A stretch of DNA of 63,772 nt, counting the filler, from Diploschistes diacapsis (Eukaryota): the NCBI GenBank assembly GCA_023645945.1. It is 24 parts of 24 records of this genome, joined end to end, with 100 filler letters (N's around TTAATTAATTAA, not from the genome) between each part and the next. Parts side by side here need not be neighbours in the genome. Positions count along the whole stretch, not along the records: positions 1 to 1,094 come from JALAIB010003984.1; positions 1,195 to 2,288 come from JALAIB010003985.1; positions 2,389 to 3,482 come from JALAIB010003986.1; positions 3,583 to 4,676 come from JALAIB010003987.1; positions 4,777 to 5,870 come from JALAIB010003988.1; positions 5,971 to 7,063 come from JALAIB010003989.1; positions 7,164 to 25,884 come from JALAIB010000399.1; 17 more parts are not named here. One strand, given 5' to 3'. The notes beneath the pieces were generated by a model, which did no database searches, was not told the DNA's origin, and saw only the letters and a program-made list of their open reading frames with translations. The position numbers and the translations under genes were made by a program. Below are positions 1 through 13,041 of the stretch, in pieces (the first letter of the stretch is position 1; each line of letters opens with the position of its first letter).

Positions 1-28
1 GGGGGGAAGGTGGGTGGAGACACGGACC

Positions 29-1054
29 TTGGCCAACGCCAAAAAGGCCTCGACGACATCCTCGAGCTCCGTCTGCTCGACGTCAGCTTTATCGGCCCTC
101 TGTTTTTTTTGTCGCACGGTCTTCGACGCGGGTCTGTTTACCGGGGATGAGGGGATGGGCAGACAGGCGCGGAGGAAGTGGGAGGTGGAGGAGAAGAAGA
201 AGAAGAAGAAGAAGGAGGAGGAGGAGGTTAAAACGTACGTCCCGCTTCAGCGCGGCGCCTTCTCTGACGTTCTTGAGTTTCTCGGGGGGGAATTGCTGGC
301 CCTGGCGCACAAACCCGGTCAGTACAATGACTTGTTAATTGCGAGTAAGTGGAAGGGAAAGAAAGGGAAAGAAAAGGGGAAAGAGCGAGGGGGAAGCGAA
401 GATGTAAAAGTAAGAGAGGGTGAGGGGAGGAAAGAAGAGGATGTTTGCCAACGCACCCATTCCGTCAACAGCAACCCCGGCAAAACGGCATTCACGCGGA
501 TCTTAGGCCCCTGGGTCTGGGCCAGACACTGCATCAGGTGCAGACCTAGGGAAGGGAAGAGAAAGATGTTGGCTCATCAGTTCTCCCGGTACGCGCCTCT
601 GGCAGAGGGGAGTCTCGCTATCGGTGAGTGGGGCTTACCGGCGGCCTTGGAGACGGAGTACGCCATACTACTTCCTCCGGCTTGTGTTCCCTAGATATGT
701 CAGTTGGCTATCTGGTACGTGAGGTAGGTAAGTAGGGAGATAGGGAGAGAAGGAAAGCAGGAGACGTACGGCGGTAGAAGAGGTAAGAATGAGCTGGCCG
801 CCGTCCGGGTTGGCTTCGAAGTGAGGCAACGCGGCCTGAAGGAGGTGCAGGGGGGATTTGGTGTTTGTTGCCCAGCACTGCGCTTCCAGTCAGCCGAGAG
901 AACTTTGCTCCTTGACTTCAACGTTTCCTTGAGCTGTTCCTGCAGGCGGAGCCGATCATAAGATAGAAAAGAAGCTGCGGAATGAGCAGACCTTATCCCA
1001 ATCCTCCTCGCTCATACTCTCCAAATCTCCAAAATTCGTGAACTTTGTCCAGCC
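29..1054 (-). CDS. Short-chain dehydrogenase/reductase, internal multi-exon fragment truncated by contig ends
   Basis: Manually spliced GT-AG exons (~992-1054, 770-877, 639-690, 457-546, 238-300, 29-73) read GWTKFTNFGDLESMSEEDWDK / CWATNTKSPLHLLQAALPHFEANPDGGQLILTSSTA / GSSMAYSVSKAA (catalytic YxxxK) / IRVNAVLPG / TELEDVVEAFLALAK. Confidence 0.85.
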
Positions 1055-1094
1055 CTAAGTCCCCATCAGCACATTCACAAAGCCTCTCTTTTCC

Positions 1095-1194
1095 NNNNNN
1101 NNNNNNNNNNNNNNNNNNNNNNNNNNNNNNNNNNNNNNTTAATTAATTAANNNNNNNNNNNNNNNNNNNNNNNNNNNNNNNNNNNNNNNNNNNN
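1095..1194. other. Artificial contig linker N44-TTAATTAATTAA-N44 (first of 23 copies; others start at 2289, 3483, 4677, 5871, 7064, 25885, 27078, 28271, 29464, 30656, 31848, 33040, 34232, 35424, 36616, 37808, 56626, 57818, 59009, 60200, 61391, 62582)
   Basis: Identical 100-nt spacer whose core puts stop codons in all six frames; it separates contigs of ~1.09 kb and ~18.7 kb. Confidence 0.98.
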
Positions 1195-1388
1195 ATTAGA
1201 TATCGATCATTATCGGAGATATCGAGATGATTTAACGTGATTCAGCTGATTCTCGATAATAAATAAGGTCGAAAAGGTCTAGCAGCGACGATAACGATTC
1301 TATTAGGTTTCGAAGATTAATAAAAGATTCGATTAGGTTTAATAAAGAAAGTAACAACTTTATTAAGTATCGAAAATTATTAAAATAA

Positions 1389-1844
1389 TGTTATGATCTC
1401 TATCTCTAGATGGTAGACACGAGGTATTGATCAAGGTAGGTTTGGTCTCGTTTAGAAGAGGAGTGCAAGCAGGAAAAGAAGATAGAGTAGTTATAGGTCT
1501 TAGACTGTCTTTTAGAAAAAAGGCTCTAGTAATAGAAATAACGAATATAAATTGATCCCGAGTAATAACTAAGGATGTTTATGAAAGTAAACATACCAGG
1601 ACTGGAAGGAACTATAATAAAGGTTCTTATATAACTAATTACTCCCTAACGGAATAAATTAATAGATAAATAGAATTACCGTTCTCCCGTTTTATTTATA
1701 AAGGGTAAAATAGCATTTAAGGCTTTTTATTTATTACGTGACCAGTGTTACCATGATTGGACTATATATAAGGAGTGGTTAGGTTAGGCCCGATCAGCTG
1801 TGAAGTGCCAAGTGGACTACCACCTAGATACTTGGATCGTAACA
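1389..1844 (-). mobile_element. LTR family A (TGTTA...TAACA), complete 456-bp copy
   Basis: TG...CA termini. Related partial copies at 5426-5548, 25985-26180, 36328-36615, 36716-37076, 59868-60199 and 63565-63772; the 5548 copy is followed by gag-like sequence. Confidence 0.8.
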
Positions 1845-2288
1845 CACCGTTCCGAATATAAATTTTCTTTTAAATTCGCAACTCTTTATCTTTAATCGTT
1901 GTACATATTCGGTTAAGATGGCATTCATTTCGGTATCTGGATCGATTAATACCCGTATGGCATATCGATCTAGTCCGACCTCGAAGGTAATTTAAATTCG
2001 TCATTTTAGAACCCGCGTGCCATTACTTATATCTATAATATATAACTTTTTAGTTTAGCTTATAACTAAAAAGTTCTAGTTTTTTTTATAATTTCTTTAT
2101 TAATTAAATAAGATCCTTTATCGTGATATTTATAATTTATAATTTTATAAAAACGATAACTTTATAAAACGTATATTAAATATATAAGGTTTTCGTTAAA
2201 TAAATTAAATCGTTAAGCTATACCGTTTCTAAATCTTCAGTCGTAATATATTAGGATTATATATTCTTTATCTCGGCAGTTCCTTAAG
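1845..2288 (-). mobile_element. RIP-degenerated Ty3/Gypsy pol fragment (aspartic protease region)
   Basis: Minus strand reads RVLIDPDTEMNAI (degenerate LIDSGA-type motif); homologous copies at ~2545-2830 (-) and ~30900-31400 (+); TpA-rich and CpA-poor. Confidence 0.6.
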
Positions 2289-2833
2289 NNNNNNNNNNNN
2301 NNNNNNNNNNNNNNNNNNNNNNNNNNNNNNNNTTAATTAATTAANNNNNNNNNNNNNNNNNNNNNNNNNNNNNNNNNNNNNNNNNNNNCGTTATAAATAT
2401 TCAGCCACGGATTCCTTAAAATAACATTATATTCTGTTATATTAACGATAATAAAAATAAATTCTTAAATATATCCGTAAATCCGGACTATTAATAATAT
2501 CGTACGTTTAAGAATTTATTAAACGTTACGATCCGTCACGATTTCGAATATAAATTTTTTCTTAAATTCGTATTTCTTTATCTTTAGTTATTATATATTT
2601 GGTTAAAATGGCGTTTATTTCAATATCTAGATCGATTAGTACCCGTAAGGTTTATCGATCTGGTCCGATCTCGAAATTAATTTAAATTCGTCGTTTTAGA
2701 ACTTATGTATTATTACTTATATTTATAACATATAACTTTTTAAAATTAATTTATAATTAAAAAGTTTTAATTTTTTTTATAATTTCTTTATTAATTAAAT
2801 AAGAATCTTTATTGTGATATTTATAGCTTATAG

Positions 2834-3068
2834 TATAAACACAAGGCGCGCTGTCTAGGGAGACTTCTCTTGCTGTAGTAGGTAGGTAGTCGTAGGTGGT
2901 GTAGTAGGGGAATGTAGTGTGATCTCGTAGTCAACAGCATACCTAGGTAGGACATTTATGAGGTGTAGGATGCATTGATTGTCTAGAGCTACCTAGCAGG
3001 CCTCCTTAAATGGAGCTGGCCTATAAGGACCACCCCTACTAAGTCTATCCGCCTACTTTTATATTTAT
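2834..3068 (-). mobile_element. LTR family B (solo LTR-like)
   Basis: Reverse-complement homolog of 31580-31814, which starts TGTAAACA; both copies sit within RIPped retroelement DNA. Confidence 0.6.
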
Positions 3069-3920
3069 ATACGACCCTCTTCTCAATAGTTCGCTGTCCC
3101 ATAACGAACTTCATATAAGTCTCTTTAACAAGAAATCTCCATCCCGTTATCTTTATACCTCAATATAGTCCTATACCTCTCCGACAACTAAAATATCGAT
3201 AAATTTATTATCGTTAATGTTTCTTTCTCGACGTAATCGTGCTCTTAGATCTATTTTTTTATATTTTACTTTCTTAAACACAGCTAGACAGAAAAACGGT
3301 ACCGATCTAAAGATATTTCTATTTCCGATCGTATTTATATCATCCGTAAATGCTTCACCCGATAAGTATAATTAATAGCACGTCTTTCTCTTTCTTTTCT
3401 TTTACTTCCTTTTTCGTCTCGTTATCATTAGTAAGAAGTTAACTATAGATAAGCAAGTAAAAGAGCAGATAAGGAGATTTATNNNNNNNNNNNNNNNNNN
3501 NNNNNNNNNNNNNNNNNNNNNNNNNNTTAATTAATTAANNNNNNNNNNNNNNNNNNNNNNNNNNNNNNNNNNNNNNNNNNNNGTTTATATAGGTTAACTT
3601 GTTATATTTATAAATGATCATTCGGACCGACGAAAAGCTTATTTTCTTATATATAAATATCCCTATTCTAAAAAAGCGGCTATAATAATGGGCAGCGTAT
3701 TTTATAATAACTATCTTTTTAATAAAAGTAATAAATTATAGAATTTCGATTGAAAATAACATTTTAAAATAATCTATTCTAATTAGGTTAAGTTAGCGGA
3801 GGACGTGTTATTTAAGGCTGATAAGGCCTGATAAGTGCTAAATAAGGCGCGTTAAGAATAAAGAGCCGATATAAACCGCTAACAACGGGCGTATAATTAA
3901 TTTACGCGTTTAGAATCATA

Positions 3921-4480
3921 ACGTGTTTGACGGGGAACCGGGCCACCCCCAGAAGTAGGCCACCTCAAATTACTACCATCAACATTCTACGGTTTTTAGA
4001 TACAACCTGTTCGTCGCAATTAGAATCTAATCGATCTGAATCGAATTTATCTTTTTTATCTTTATCCTCCTCGATTTTAGAAATGCGACGACGTTTTTTA
4101 CGCGTTGTAGATCGTTTCTAAACTGTCCGACTCGATTTAACCCGAGTTATTATTTTAAGAATTTCGTTTATATTAAACACAAAACGATTTTTTAATTCGA
4201 TTCGTTTATTTAATTTACGTTTCTTACGATTATTAAGAAGCGCTTTTTGCTCTCGGTTTTCTTTACGAAGCGTTATAAGCTTAATATACGTCAATTTAAA
4301 CATACGGATGATTCGACTCGAATAACGTCGAATCGGATTAATTAGTTTTAAAACGGCTCGCAACGCTTAATTAAATTCTTTATTAACCTTTCGTAGTTCG
4401 GTCGCATTTGATAAAGAATTATATAATAAAAATAAATCCAAATCGAATTAATTCGAGATTAAAAAAGGGCTGTAAGATGG
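3921..4480 (-). mobile_element. pogo/Tc1-mariner transposon end with RIPped transposase C-terminus
   Basis: TA + ACGTGTTTGACGGGGAACCGGCCACCCCCAGAAGTAGGCCACC terminus with an internal direct repeat; the same end and downstream sequence recur at 56999-57220 and 25778. Confidence 0.7.
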
Positions 4481-4509
4481 AAGTAAAGGGGTCCGGTAAA
4501 TCGAATAAA

Positions 4510-4676
4510 CATCACGAAAAGTTTTTCAAGCAAAAAAAGATTTCTGGCGAAAGTGCCTGTTTCGCGGGTTTCGCCCATTTCGCCAGTTTTCGCCAAAACG
4601 TTTGGCGAAACGTGGCGAAACCGGCGAAACTGGCGAAACCGGCGAAACTGGCGAAACTGGCGAAACCGGCGAAACC
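4510..4676 (+). repeat. DNA transposon end (CATCACGAAAAGTTTT) with subterminal tandem (Y)GGCGAAAC 9-mers
   Basis: Many GGCGAAAC/GTTTCGCC units; the same terminus occurs in reverse at 28371-28510; the array runs into contig ends. Confidence 0.6.
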
Positions 4677-5970
4677 NNNNNNNNNNNNNNNNNNNNNNNN
4701 NNNNNNNNNNNNNNNNNNNNTTAATTAATTAANNNNNNNNNNNNNNNNNNNNNNNNNNNNNNNNNNNNNNNNNNNNGTATAAATCGTTCTAATATATTTT
4801 ATATCCGTTTTAAGCGAGCCTATAATATTTTTACGTAAGGACGATCACGACGTGTATATTTTAAATATTTTAAAATTTTAGAATTAGATAGCATAACGAA
4901 GTAAGACTTGTCGTTAAGAGAATAATGTTTATAAAGAGCGATAGAACGAGAAAGTTAGATTCGTTCGACGGATCGATTGCAAGAAGTTAAAAGAGATATC
5001 GTTGTTTTACGACTTAAGATTCTTTTTTATTTAGTATTTATATTAGACCTTTCGGCGAATTATCGGGCCGATAATATTAAAGAAAAGGGATAATATTACG
5101 ATTTAAGTATTAAACTTAATACGTCTTAACTTTATATATAGATCAGTTACGGGATTAAAGGTTATATAATAGGCTTATTACTCGCGTTTATTCTCGTAAA
5201 CGGCGAATAAACTTTCGTCACCGCTCGATAATCGCGTTTATTTTCGTAAGCGGCGAGTTTCGAGAACACCGCTCGCTAAATTTATAATAAACGGCGAGCG
5301 AGCTAACTATATATAAACACGATTCTACTTTCGTAAAAAAGAACGTGTTTATTTTTATAAATATTTTAAGTCATTACTCGGGATCAATCTATATTCGTTA
5401 TTTTTATCATTTTAAAACCTTCTTTCTAGAAAGAGTTCAAGACCTGTAACTTCTCTATCTTCTTTTCCTGCCACACTCCTCTTCTAACAGAGACCAAACC
5501 CACCTTGATCCTACTCGTGTATACCTTGTATAGATAGAGATCATAACAGGAAGCTAGAAGAGACGATCCCGGAAGTGACGATAAACCCGACGATGATAAA
5601 CCGTACAAAAAACCCACTGTGAAAGTTATAAAGCTAAGAACGTTCTACGGAAATAAAAAGAAACTAAAACATTAGATATTCTAATTCTTAATATACTTCT
5701 ACTAAAACCAACATATCATAAATAATTAAAGAAAACGGATAGTTTTTACCGTAAGATTCATACGTAACCGCGTATTAATATAAATAAAATCTTATTTCGA
5801 CGTATACTTAAGAAATTAAAAAAATAATTACGGAATGTTTACGAACTTCTTAAAATTTAAAAAATAGATCNNNNNNNNNNNNNNNNNNNNNNNNNNNNNN
5901 NNNNNNNNNNNNNNTTAATTAATTAANNNNNNNNNNNNNNNNNNNNNNNNNNNNNNNNNNNNNNNNNNNN

Positions 5971-6500
5971 TTATTAATCTATTCGATGATAATATTAATT
6001 CTCTAAATCTGGTAAAATACGTAAAGATTAACGTTCGTTTAAAATACGTCGATATTATTTATTATTACGTACGAGATTTTATTAAATAAAGACGTATTAA
6101 AATATTTTATATTTTTATTAATAAAATAATTATTAATAAATTTACGAAATTATTAAAATATTCGAAGCACGACGTTTTTATTAAAGGACTCGGTTTAGTT
6201 TAAAAGATATTTAATTAAATTATATAGATATACCGGACGATTCCGTTTGTGGGGGAATGTTAAACAGACAAACAGAAGGTATGGTTGAGAGTTCGATTAA
6301 ATTTTAGAAGGAGGTTTAGTTTAATTGAACTTCGAGGTTCAGTTTAGTTGAACCTCTTGGAATTCCAATTAGACCGATTAAGGAATAGTGTAGGTAATAG
6401 GGCTTAGCGTATCCCACGAGGATAAAAGTCTGTAAAGTAGGATAACCTCCTGGAGTAGACCTCTAGACTTCAATATATATATCCATTACGTTGCTAAACA
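5971..6500 (+). mobile_element. Ty1/Copia 3' end: RIPped RNase H, PPT and LTR family C (6258-6500)
   Basis: Degenerate KHIDIxYHYVRD-type motif, PPT GTGGGGGAA, then TGTTAAACAG...CTAAACA; related LTRs at 39551-39766, 61744-61958 and ~57226-57445 (-). Confidence 0.75.
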
Positions 6501-8232
6501 GAATTATTAATTAAAAGATAAAAATATTATAAGATATAAATAACGAATATATACTCGTCGTTTTTTTTATATACGCGGATATCGAAAAATAATCTTTTTA
6601 ATAAATATACGTGGCTTTACGTGTTTTTTAAAACTCGTTTAACTTACGTATATTAAACGTTTATTTATCGTAATATTTATAAACGAATCGTTAAAATTTA
6701 CGTTTTACGACGACGCAATACCCGTTAACGAAGCTTTAATTTTTTACGCGCTCGCGAGTTTTAAAAAAAATAAAAAAGATCTCGCCGTCGATAAGAATAA
6801 TAAAATAAATTTCTATCTTTTCGAAAAATTTAAGAACTAATTAATCGAAAACGGGGGCGAGGAATGAAAAAAGGGCGGTGCTGAGCGGCGTTTCGGAAAA
6901 TAAAGAGGCTTACCGCGGCGGCGTGGATCCTTTTTAAAACGACGACGAGGATAAAGAGCCTTTAGAAGAAAAGAAGGAGGCGGCGAGGGAAGTATAAGGG
7001 CTGGATAGAGGGTGTAGTAACTGCTTTTTAAAGATTATATTAGGGCGTAGAAGGTTTTAAAGCNNNNNNNNNNNNNNNNNNNNNNNNNNNNNNNNNNNNN
7101 NNNNNNNTTAATTAATTAANNNNNNNNNNNNNNNNNNNNNNNNNNNNNNNNNNNNNNNNNNNNCCCCACCCCCCCCTTTAGGGGCGCACATAGCGCGCTA
7201 AAACCACGGCCCCATATAGGAGGAGTTTCCGGAATATAAAAAGACTCCAGCTCTTCGGATATTATTAGTTCATGGAGCAATATTAAACTTGCCACAACTA
7301 CCCAGAAACGCTCTCATTTAAATAAGTATTTTAGATCCCGGTTGTAGTGGATCTTGTCTAGTAAAGTGTGTAGTTGGTATTGGATTGGTGATGATCGGCT
7401 GGCTGGCTGGCTGGGGCTAGCGAGCACTATAGAGCCCAATGGTGGGGCAGCAGCATCTATGACGATGCTGCTGCAGCGATTTTCCGTCAGAACCTGGATC
7501 CCATAGCACCGGCTATGCTGCTACTACAACCATGTTATAAAATATGAGACCCCTTCTTAAAACGGCCTCTTAGCGTGCAATTGTTTTTTAATATCGACCT
7601 GTCGAGCTGGTTGGCTGAGAGGGCTTTGACTGGAGGGCCGTAAAAGCTGGCACGATGACGATGGCTGGCTTTGGGATGTTAACGAATAAATGGGCCACGT
7701 TGCAAGCGCCGTGCCTTGTTATTGCCATCATAGTAAGACATCAAGATAACTTCGAGTTTACTAGGGAGCAGAGACGGTTTGAGTGCCTGGTGTTTCTCTG
7801 TACTTGCAGACACGAGAATTTAGAAACAATCCATTAAGCTGTTAAGTTTGAGACAAGTGTCTGAGAGGAAATTGCAATGTCTTCATTATGTCGTCTATTT
7901 TATATACAGCTGGAACAAAAAGCGCTAGTGGGATAGTGGGATAGTACGTAATTACACGTCGGAACCACCCATGCTCCTGAAATCCTGTGTTCAAACCCGC
8001 CTCCCATACTAGGTCCCGGACCTTCTATCAGGAAAGTGTCGTCAAGCACCCCCTTCCCAGCTCAGGATCCTAAAGCTGCCACCGGAAAATGCCAGAGTAT
8101 ATATCAGAGTAGATGCAACATCCGTTAACGCTAGCACACCATGTGTTGCAAATAAGTAAAGGTTGATCAATGAGCGGCCTGGGTCCTCAGAAGAGGAGGC
8201 AAAACAAGGGAAGCTTGAACCCCAACGTCGCA

Positions 8233-10803
8233 TCAGGTCCGGCTGGCTTCGACCTCCATCGTTTCAACGATGGAATCGAGGCTTGCGACCCGACTCTGGG
8301 TGGAGAAAGCCTTGTTCGATGGCCCGATTCGTGACCGTGCTCCGTGCTTGAGTGCACCGACCCTTGCTTTGCTCTTTCTCAGGTCGCTCTCGCTCAGCGA
8401 TCTTTTCCCCTGTCGCGACAATAGAATGTTAATTTGAGTGCGAAGCTCGTTGAGTCGTGTCACAGCACGCTTGCGATCTTCGGACGTGATTTGCAGGCTG
8501 GCAGAAGCTGCAGCTTGTGCCTCGTAGTGCACCGTTGATGCCGATTCTGGTTCGCCGCCGGAGACGTAACCTGCGCAGAGACTGAGCTGAGCAAATATCG
8601 TTTTTCGGTTGCCTGGGCCCAACGTGTGCTTCAGTCCGCCAATAGCCTCAACCAACAACGGCACTGCAGCAGAAGGAGATTCGCTGATCGACTTGGACTC
8701 CGCCAGAGACACCAATGTCCGTAGGGTTCGCCCATCCTGGGGCGTGAGGAGTTGGCTCTGCAGATCGTAGGCTCCTTGGAGAAGGGAGGTCGAGAGTCCG
8801 GTCTGGGACAGGGAGTACCTCCATCCGCCCACATCGGACAGGATGCGAGCCTTCGCTAGCCCTGCTACATCGCCTTCGTGTGGATGGTGGATTAGCTCCG
8901 CAATATGAAGGAGCAGATTAGATCGCGATCGCGTATGAGGTTTTTGGGGGGGTCGGAAAGTTTGACTTGCAGCCGACAATAGAATCAGAGCGATCGAGCG
9001 CCAGGATCGTAGCGATCCTCTGCATTGCAGATAATTCCGTATCGAAGACTGAATAGCACAGTGCATGGAATAAGCTTCGTGACCGGCGTCATACTGCACT
9101 ATCAAGAAGGACTCCAGCGTTGCTAGAGCCATCAAAAAGCTCGTATATGTCGCTTTGTCTTTTTGCTCCACAAGATCCGGCGGGGTTGGAAGGAGCTCTA
9201 TATCCAAGTCGGGTATGGAGCGCTGGCCGTTCTCTGCCACCAGTCCGTGCTTCCAGGCGTGGAAGAGTAAGTTCTTGGGTACCGCTCGGTGGTGAAACAT
9301 GGCCATCAGAGCGAGTAGGTTGGCTGCCTGAGGGTGCTGCCGTTGGACCTGATCGAATGATAATGTCCAGGCTCTGAAGAAGGAAGATTTCGTCAATGAC
9401 TCCTCGGTTGCGGCAGAGCCTGCTCGGCTGAGACCTTTTGTCAGGAGACTCGGCGCTTCGGTTTTGTAATACATCAGATAATGAGCAGCGTCACGTCGCA
9501 TCATAACCATGTACGCTGCTGCCAGACAGATGGAAAGCGGGGAATTGTCCAAAACCCCTGCCAGGCCTGCTAATATTCTTGGGTGATCCAATTCTTTCGG
9601 TAGCTTCGATTGGAACAACGTTGTGGCTTCGGCCTCTGGCAACGGGCTGACAGATAAGGTGATGGGCGTATCGGGGAAATGAGTCCCTATGCGTTCGTCT
9701 GTGGAAAGGCAAAGTGTCTGCCCAGAAGCGCTCGATGGCAGATACGTACCAAGCCGCGCCGGTTGTCGGGTTCTTTTGTACGATGTCGCCCGTTGATGTT
9801 CCCACAGAACCTTTGCATCGTCCATATTGTCCAGAATCAGCAGCCACTTTCCAGCTCTTTCCTGATTCAAAAACCTTCTAACACGCTCCAGCATATCAGC
9901 TCCGGAGTCTTCACACCCTGGGATTCCCAACTTGACAGCAATGGTACGATAGGATTCTTCGAAGGCGGTGGATGATTCACAGCATACCCACATTACTTGT
10001 GAGTCTGGGTGTCTGTTCTGGAAACGGAGCGCATATTCGGTAGCAATCTGTGTTTTCCTTGGACCAGTTAGATGAGGAGTCTGTGAGCATTTTGGGTCAA
10101 AGGGCATACCCAACACCGTCGGGCCCGACCAAGGCTAGGAGATTGGCATCCTCATATGCTTTATCAAGGCTCAGAAGTATGTCTTCCCTGCCCACCAGCT
10201 CCGAGTAGCATTTGAAACTGAGTAACGAATCAGTCTTGGGCTCTATGGCATTGACCAGAACGTTTGGCGACGGGGCCTGCACATCGCGACCGTGGAGCTG
10301 AGCAAGCTCTTCGGCCAAGGCTGTCTGAGAAACTGGCTTCGTTCGCCTGCCGTTTGGTCAGCGACCGATCAAGGTAGAGGTGGGTCTTCGAGCAGCGGAG
10401 GCCTTGAAAACATATTTCCCAAATTGCTCCCCAGTAGTTGCAGAACTCACCTCTCAAGTAGGAGCTGGGTCATCAAGAATTTTATTTTACCATCAGCCAA
10501 GAGTGACACGAGGTTCTTCAGATTGTCTGCAGTGAGAGGCCTTCGGCTCAGACGACCCGTAAACTTGCTGGATAGCTCGACTAATTCTTGGCTCCTATCA
10601 ATGCATGATCGGATGGCCGCTTCAAAGGCCGGTAATATTTGAGAAGTGACTTGAGACTCTCCGACGCTTTGAGTGAGCAACTGGGAAACGAGGGAAAGAT
10701 CGCGAACGAGGAAAGCGACGTCGGAGGGAGTAGTTTTGAACTTGGCCCATATCTCAGCAAGCTTCTTGATGTTTCTGGTGAGCCGGACGAGAAAAGGATT
10801 CAT
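8233..10803 (-). CDS. Fungal NLR-like protein: N-terminal helical (SesA/HeLo-like) domain, NB-ARC and degenerate TPR repeats, ~804 aa
   Basis: Exons 10803-10451, 10346-10110 and 10057-8233 splice in frame; P-loop GPDGVGKTQIA is split by intron 2; Walker B WLLILDNMDD; PLSICLAAAY (GLPL-like); TPR-like LGPGNRKT. Confidence 0.85.
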
Positions 10804-13041
10804 AATGGCGGAACCCCCCTCTGGAAAGGGTGAGAACGGGGGAGACAGAGTAACAATGCCCCCCTCTGTGGCCCTCTATTATTATTATACCACGGCCTCA
10901 TCAGTCTTCCAGAACTCGATTCTGAACTTGGAGTTATTATGGAGGATATTTATGATGCGCAGACAGAAAGGCAATTGACAGGGAAGAGGGGGATCGGGAT
11001 GGTAATTCTAGACCTCAAGCCCTGATGGAAAGGGCCGAGCTGACGTTTGTAGCCGCCTCTTATCTTTTTTTCTTCGAGAATGCTTAGCGTCCAGGATAGG
11101 AAGAACAGAAAGTGGATGGGAAAAGCAGCGTGGGGGGGAGATAAAAGAGGGTGAGAAAGTTAAGTGCTTGATAGCAGGGCTAAGTAGATGGATATGCAAC
11201 GTTGATTAGCAGTCCCGGGCAGATTGCCAAGCCCCATGAAAAACCGGAAGAGACAGATATGGGGCGATTCTCGACTCGAAGTCAGTCTCAGTCTCGAAGT
11301 TCCTCCGTCGTCACAAATAGTAGGTAGGTAGGTCGGTAGGTCGTAGTTTGGTCTCGCTTATTTAAATATATCAATATATCCGGTTTAGATCAATAATCGC
11401 TTTTCAGGTTGAAGCTGACAGGGGGCAGCCAGTAGGGCTTGCAGCCACTTACTCTGTAGGGTGAATGTTGCACATGCTTGTCTCTCTGTTGGCAGTTACT
11501 TATTACTTAAAACGTAACAACACATATCCTTAAGGTCAGAGGGACTGCGGGAACTAGTAACCTAGAAAAGCCACACAAAACTTTAACTAGTCACTTGCTT
11601 TGGGAGGCATATTAATTGTTCGACTGGCGCTAGCAGCAATAAGGTACCCGACGTACCGGTAAAACAATAATGGTCGGTTTTATACTACTTTTAATGTGGA
11701 TGTGGAAGCTATTCCGGCCCCTTAACTGTAATACATTATTACTATAACGGCTTCCTCTTGCAGGTCTTTTACATCTCGTAAACCCGCGCTGTCGCCTCTG
11801 TAGCAGACCCTCGATACCGCCCCCGATTTGTTAATATACTGTGTACGCTGCCTGCGTACGCGTGAGATCGGCGCGTTTGCTCCGCTTTTATAGGCTCGTT
11901 GGCGGTTAAATCGATCGGTGACGATGGCGGTGCAGGCGGCGGCGGGCGGCGAGGGTGTTCGCAGGACTAGAAAGCTGGGATTGATCGTATCTTCCATAGA
12001 TGTACCTGCGCATACGAAGGAATGGGGGACATACGTTGACCTGGCCTGGTGCACTCCAACATGGCGCTAGTAGCTAGTTTTGCGCTAACAATTAACATGC
12101 CCTTTACCTTGTATATACCATATGTTTTGGCCCTTTTGGGTGAGCTGCGCTGGCTTAGAATTTCACTTTCACCCAATCACTGCTCTTTTTCACTTTTAAC
12201 TCTCCCGGCCCAACTAATCCTTGAACAGATCACGAATACGATTTCACTCCGCCGCCTATTAGTCACCTCGCTTCTTATGATAGGCAACGAGTTGACGACA
12301 TTGCTGAAAGGAACCAACCAAGAAAAGCACCGAGGCATGTCCAAAAGGGGAACATTAACAATTCAGAACCATGCAGCTTTCGATGCGCATCCCCGTTTGC
12401 AAGCCGCTTTTAAAACTTTCCCATAATAAGCTCCTCAAGGAACAAGGTTACCATAGCGCCATAGACAAGGCGGATCCAGCAACCAAAATGCGAAATTTGG
12501 TAGAAGGCTACTGGGGTAGAGAACAAGGCAGAGTTGAAATGAGTCCACAATATCTTTATCCGTCAAGAAGAAGAATAGTATGACGAATCATTCTTATTGT
12601 TTGATCGTGTCGGGCTCAACTGTGTTGCCTTCTAATCTGTCGCTGGCTAAAAGGTGGGGGGATACCAATGTTGCACGACATTTTACGGTGGATGCTGAAA
12701 AAAAGCTCGAGGACTTTACGAAGCACGCTGATAGATAGATCACTGGCCATCCTTTGCAAACGGCAGGACAGGACCTGACGTCTGTATAACTCGGGGGCTT
12801 TGTGGTGGCTTGTGGTGGCTTGTGGTAGGTGCAGTAGTTTTTGGACCGCCACTTGTTCCCCCGGGTTTGAGTGGTGGCACTGACGATTGTAAATGCTGCG
12901 CCACACTTATAGCTATCTAGCTACAATGGAAACCTTTTGATGCATCCGCTGCAACAAGTACATTTCATACGAGCGCTCTCTGACGGCATAATATAATTTG
13001 TGCACCTCTTTTAAACACCCAGATCATCGTCGCTAGCAACC

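Noticed and set aside
14..694. 226-aa plus-strand ORF
   Set aside because: Antisense shadow of the spliced SDR gene; the Lys/Glu runs come from pyrimidine-rich introns.
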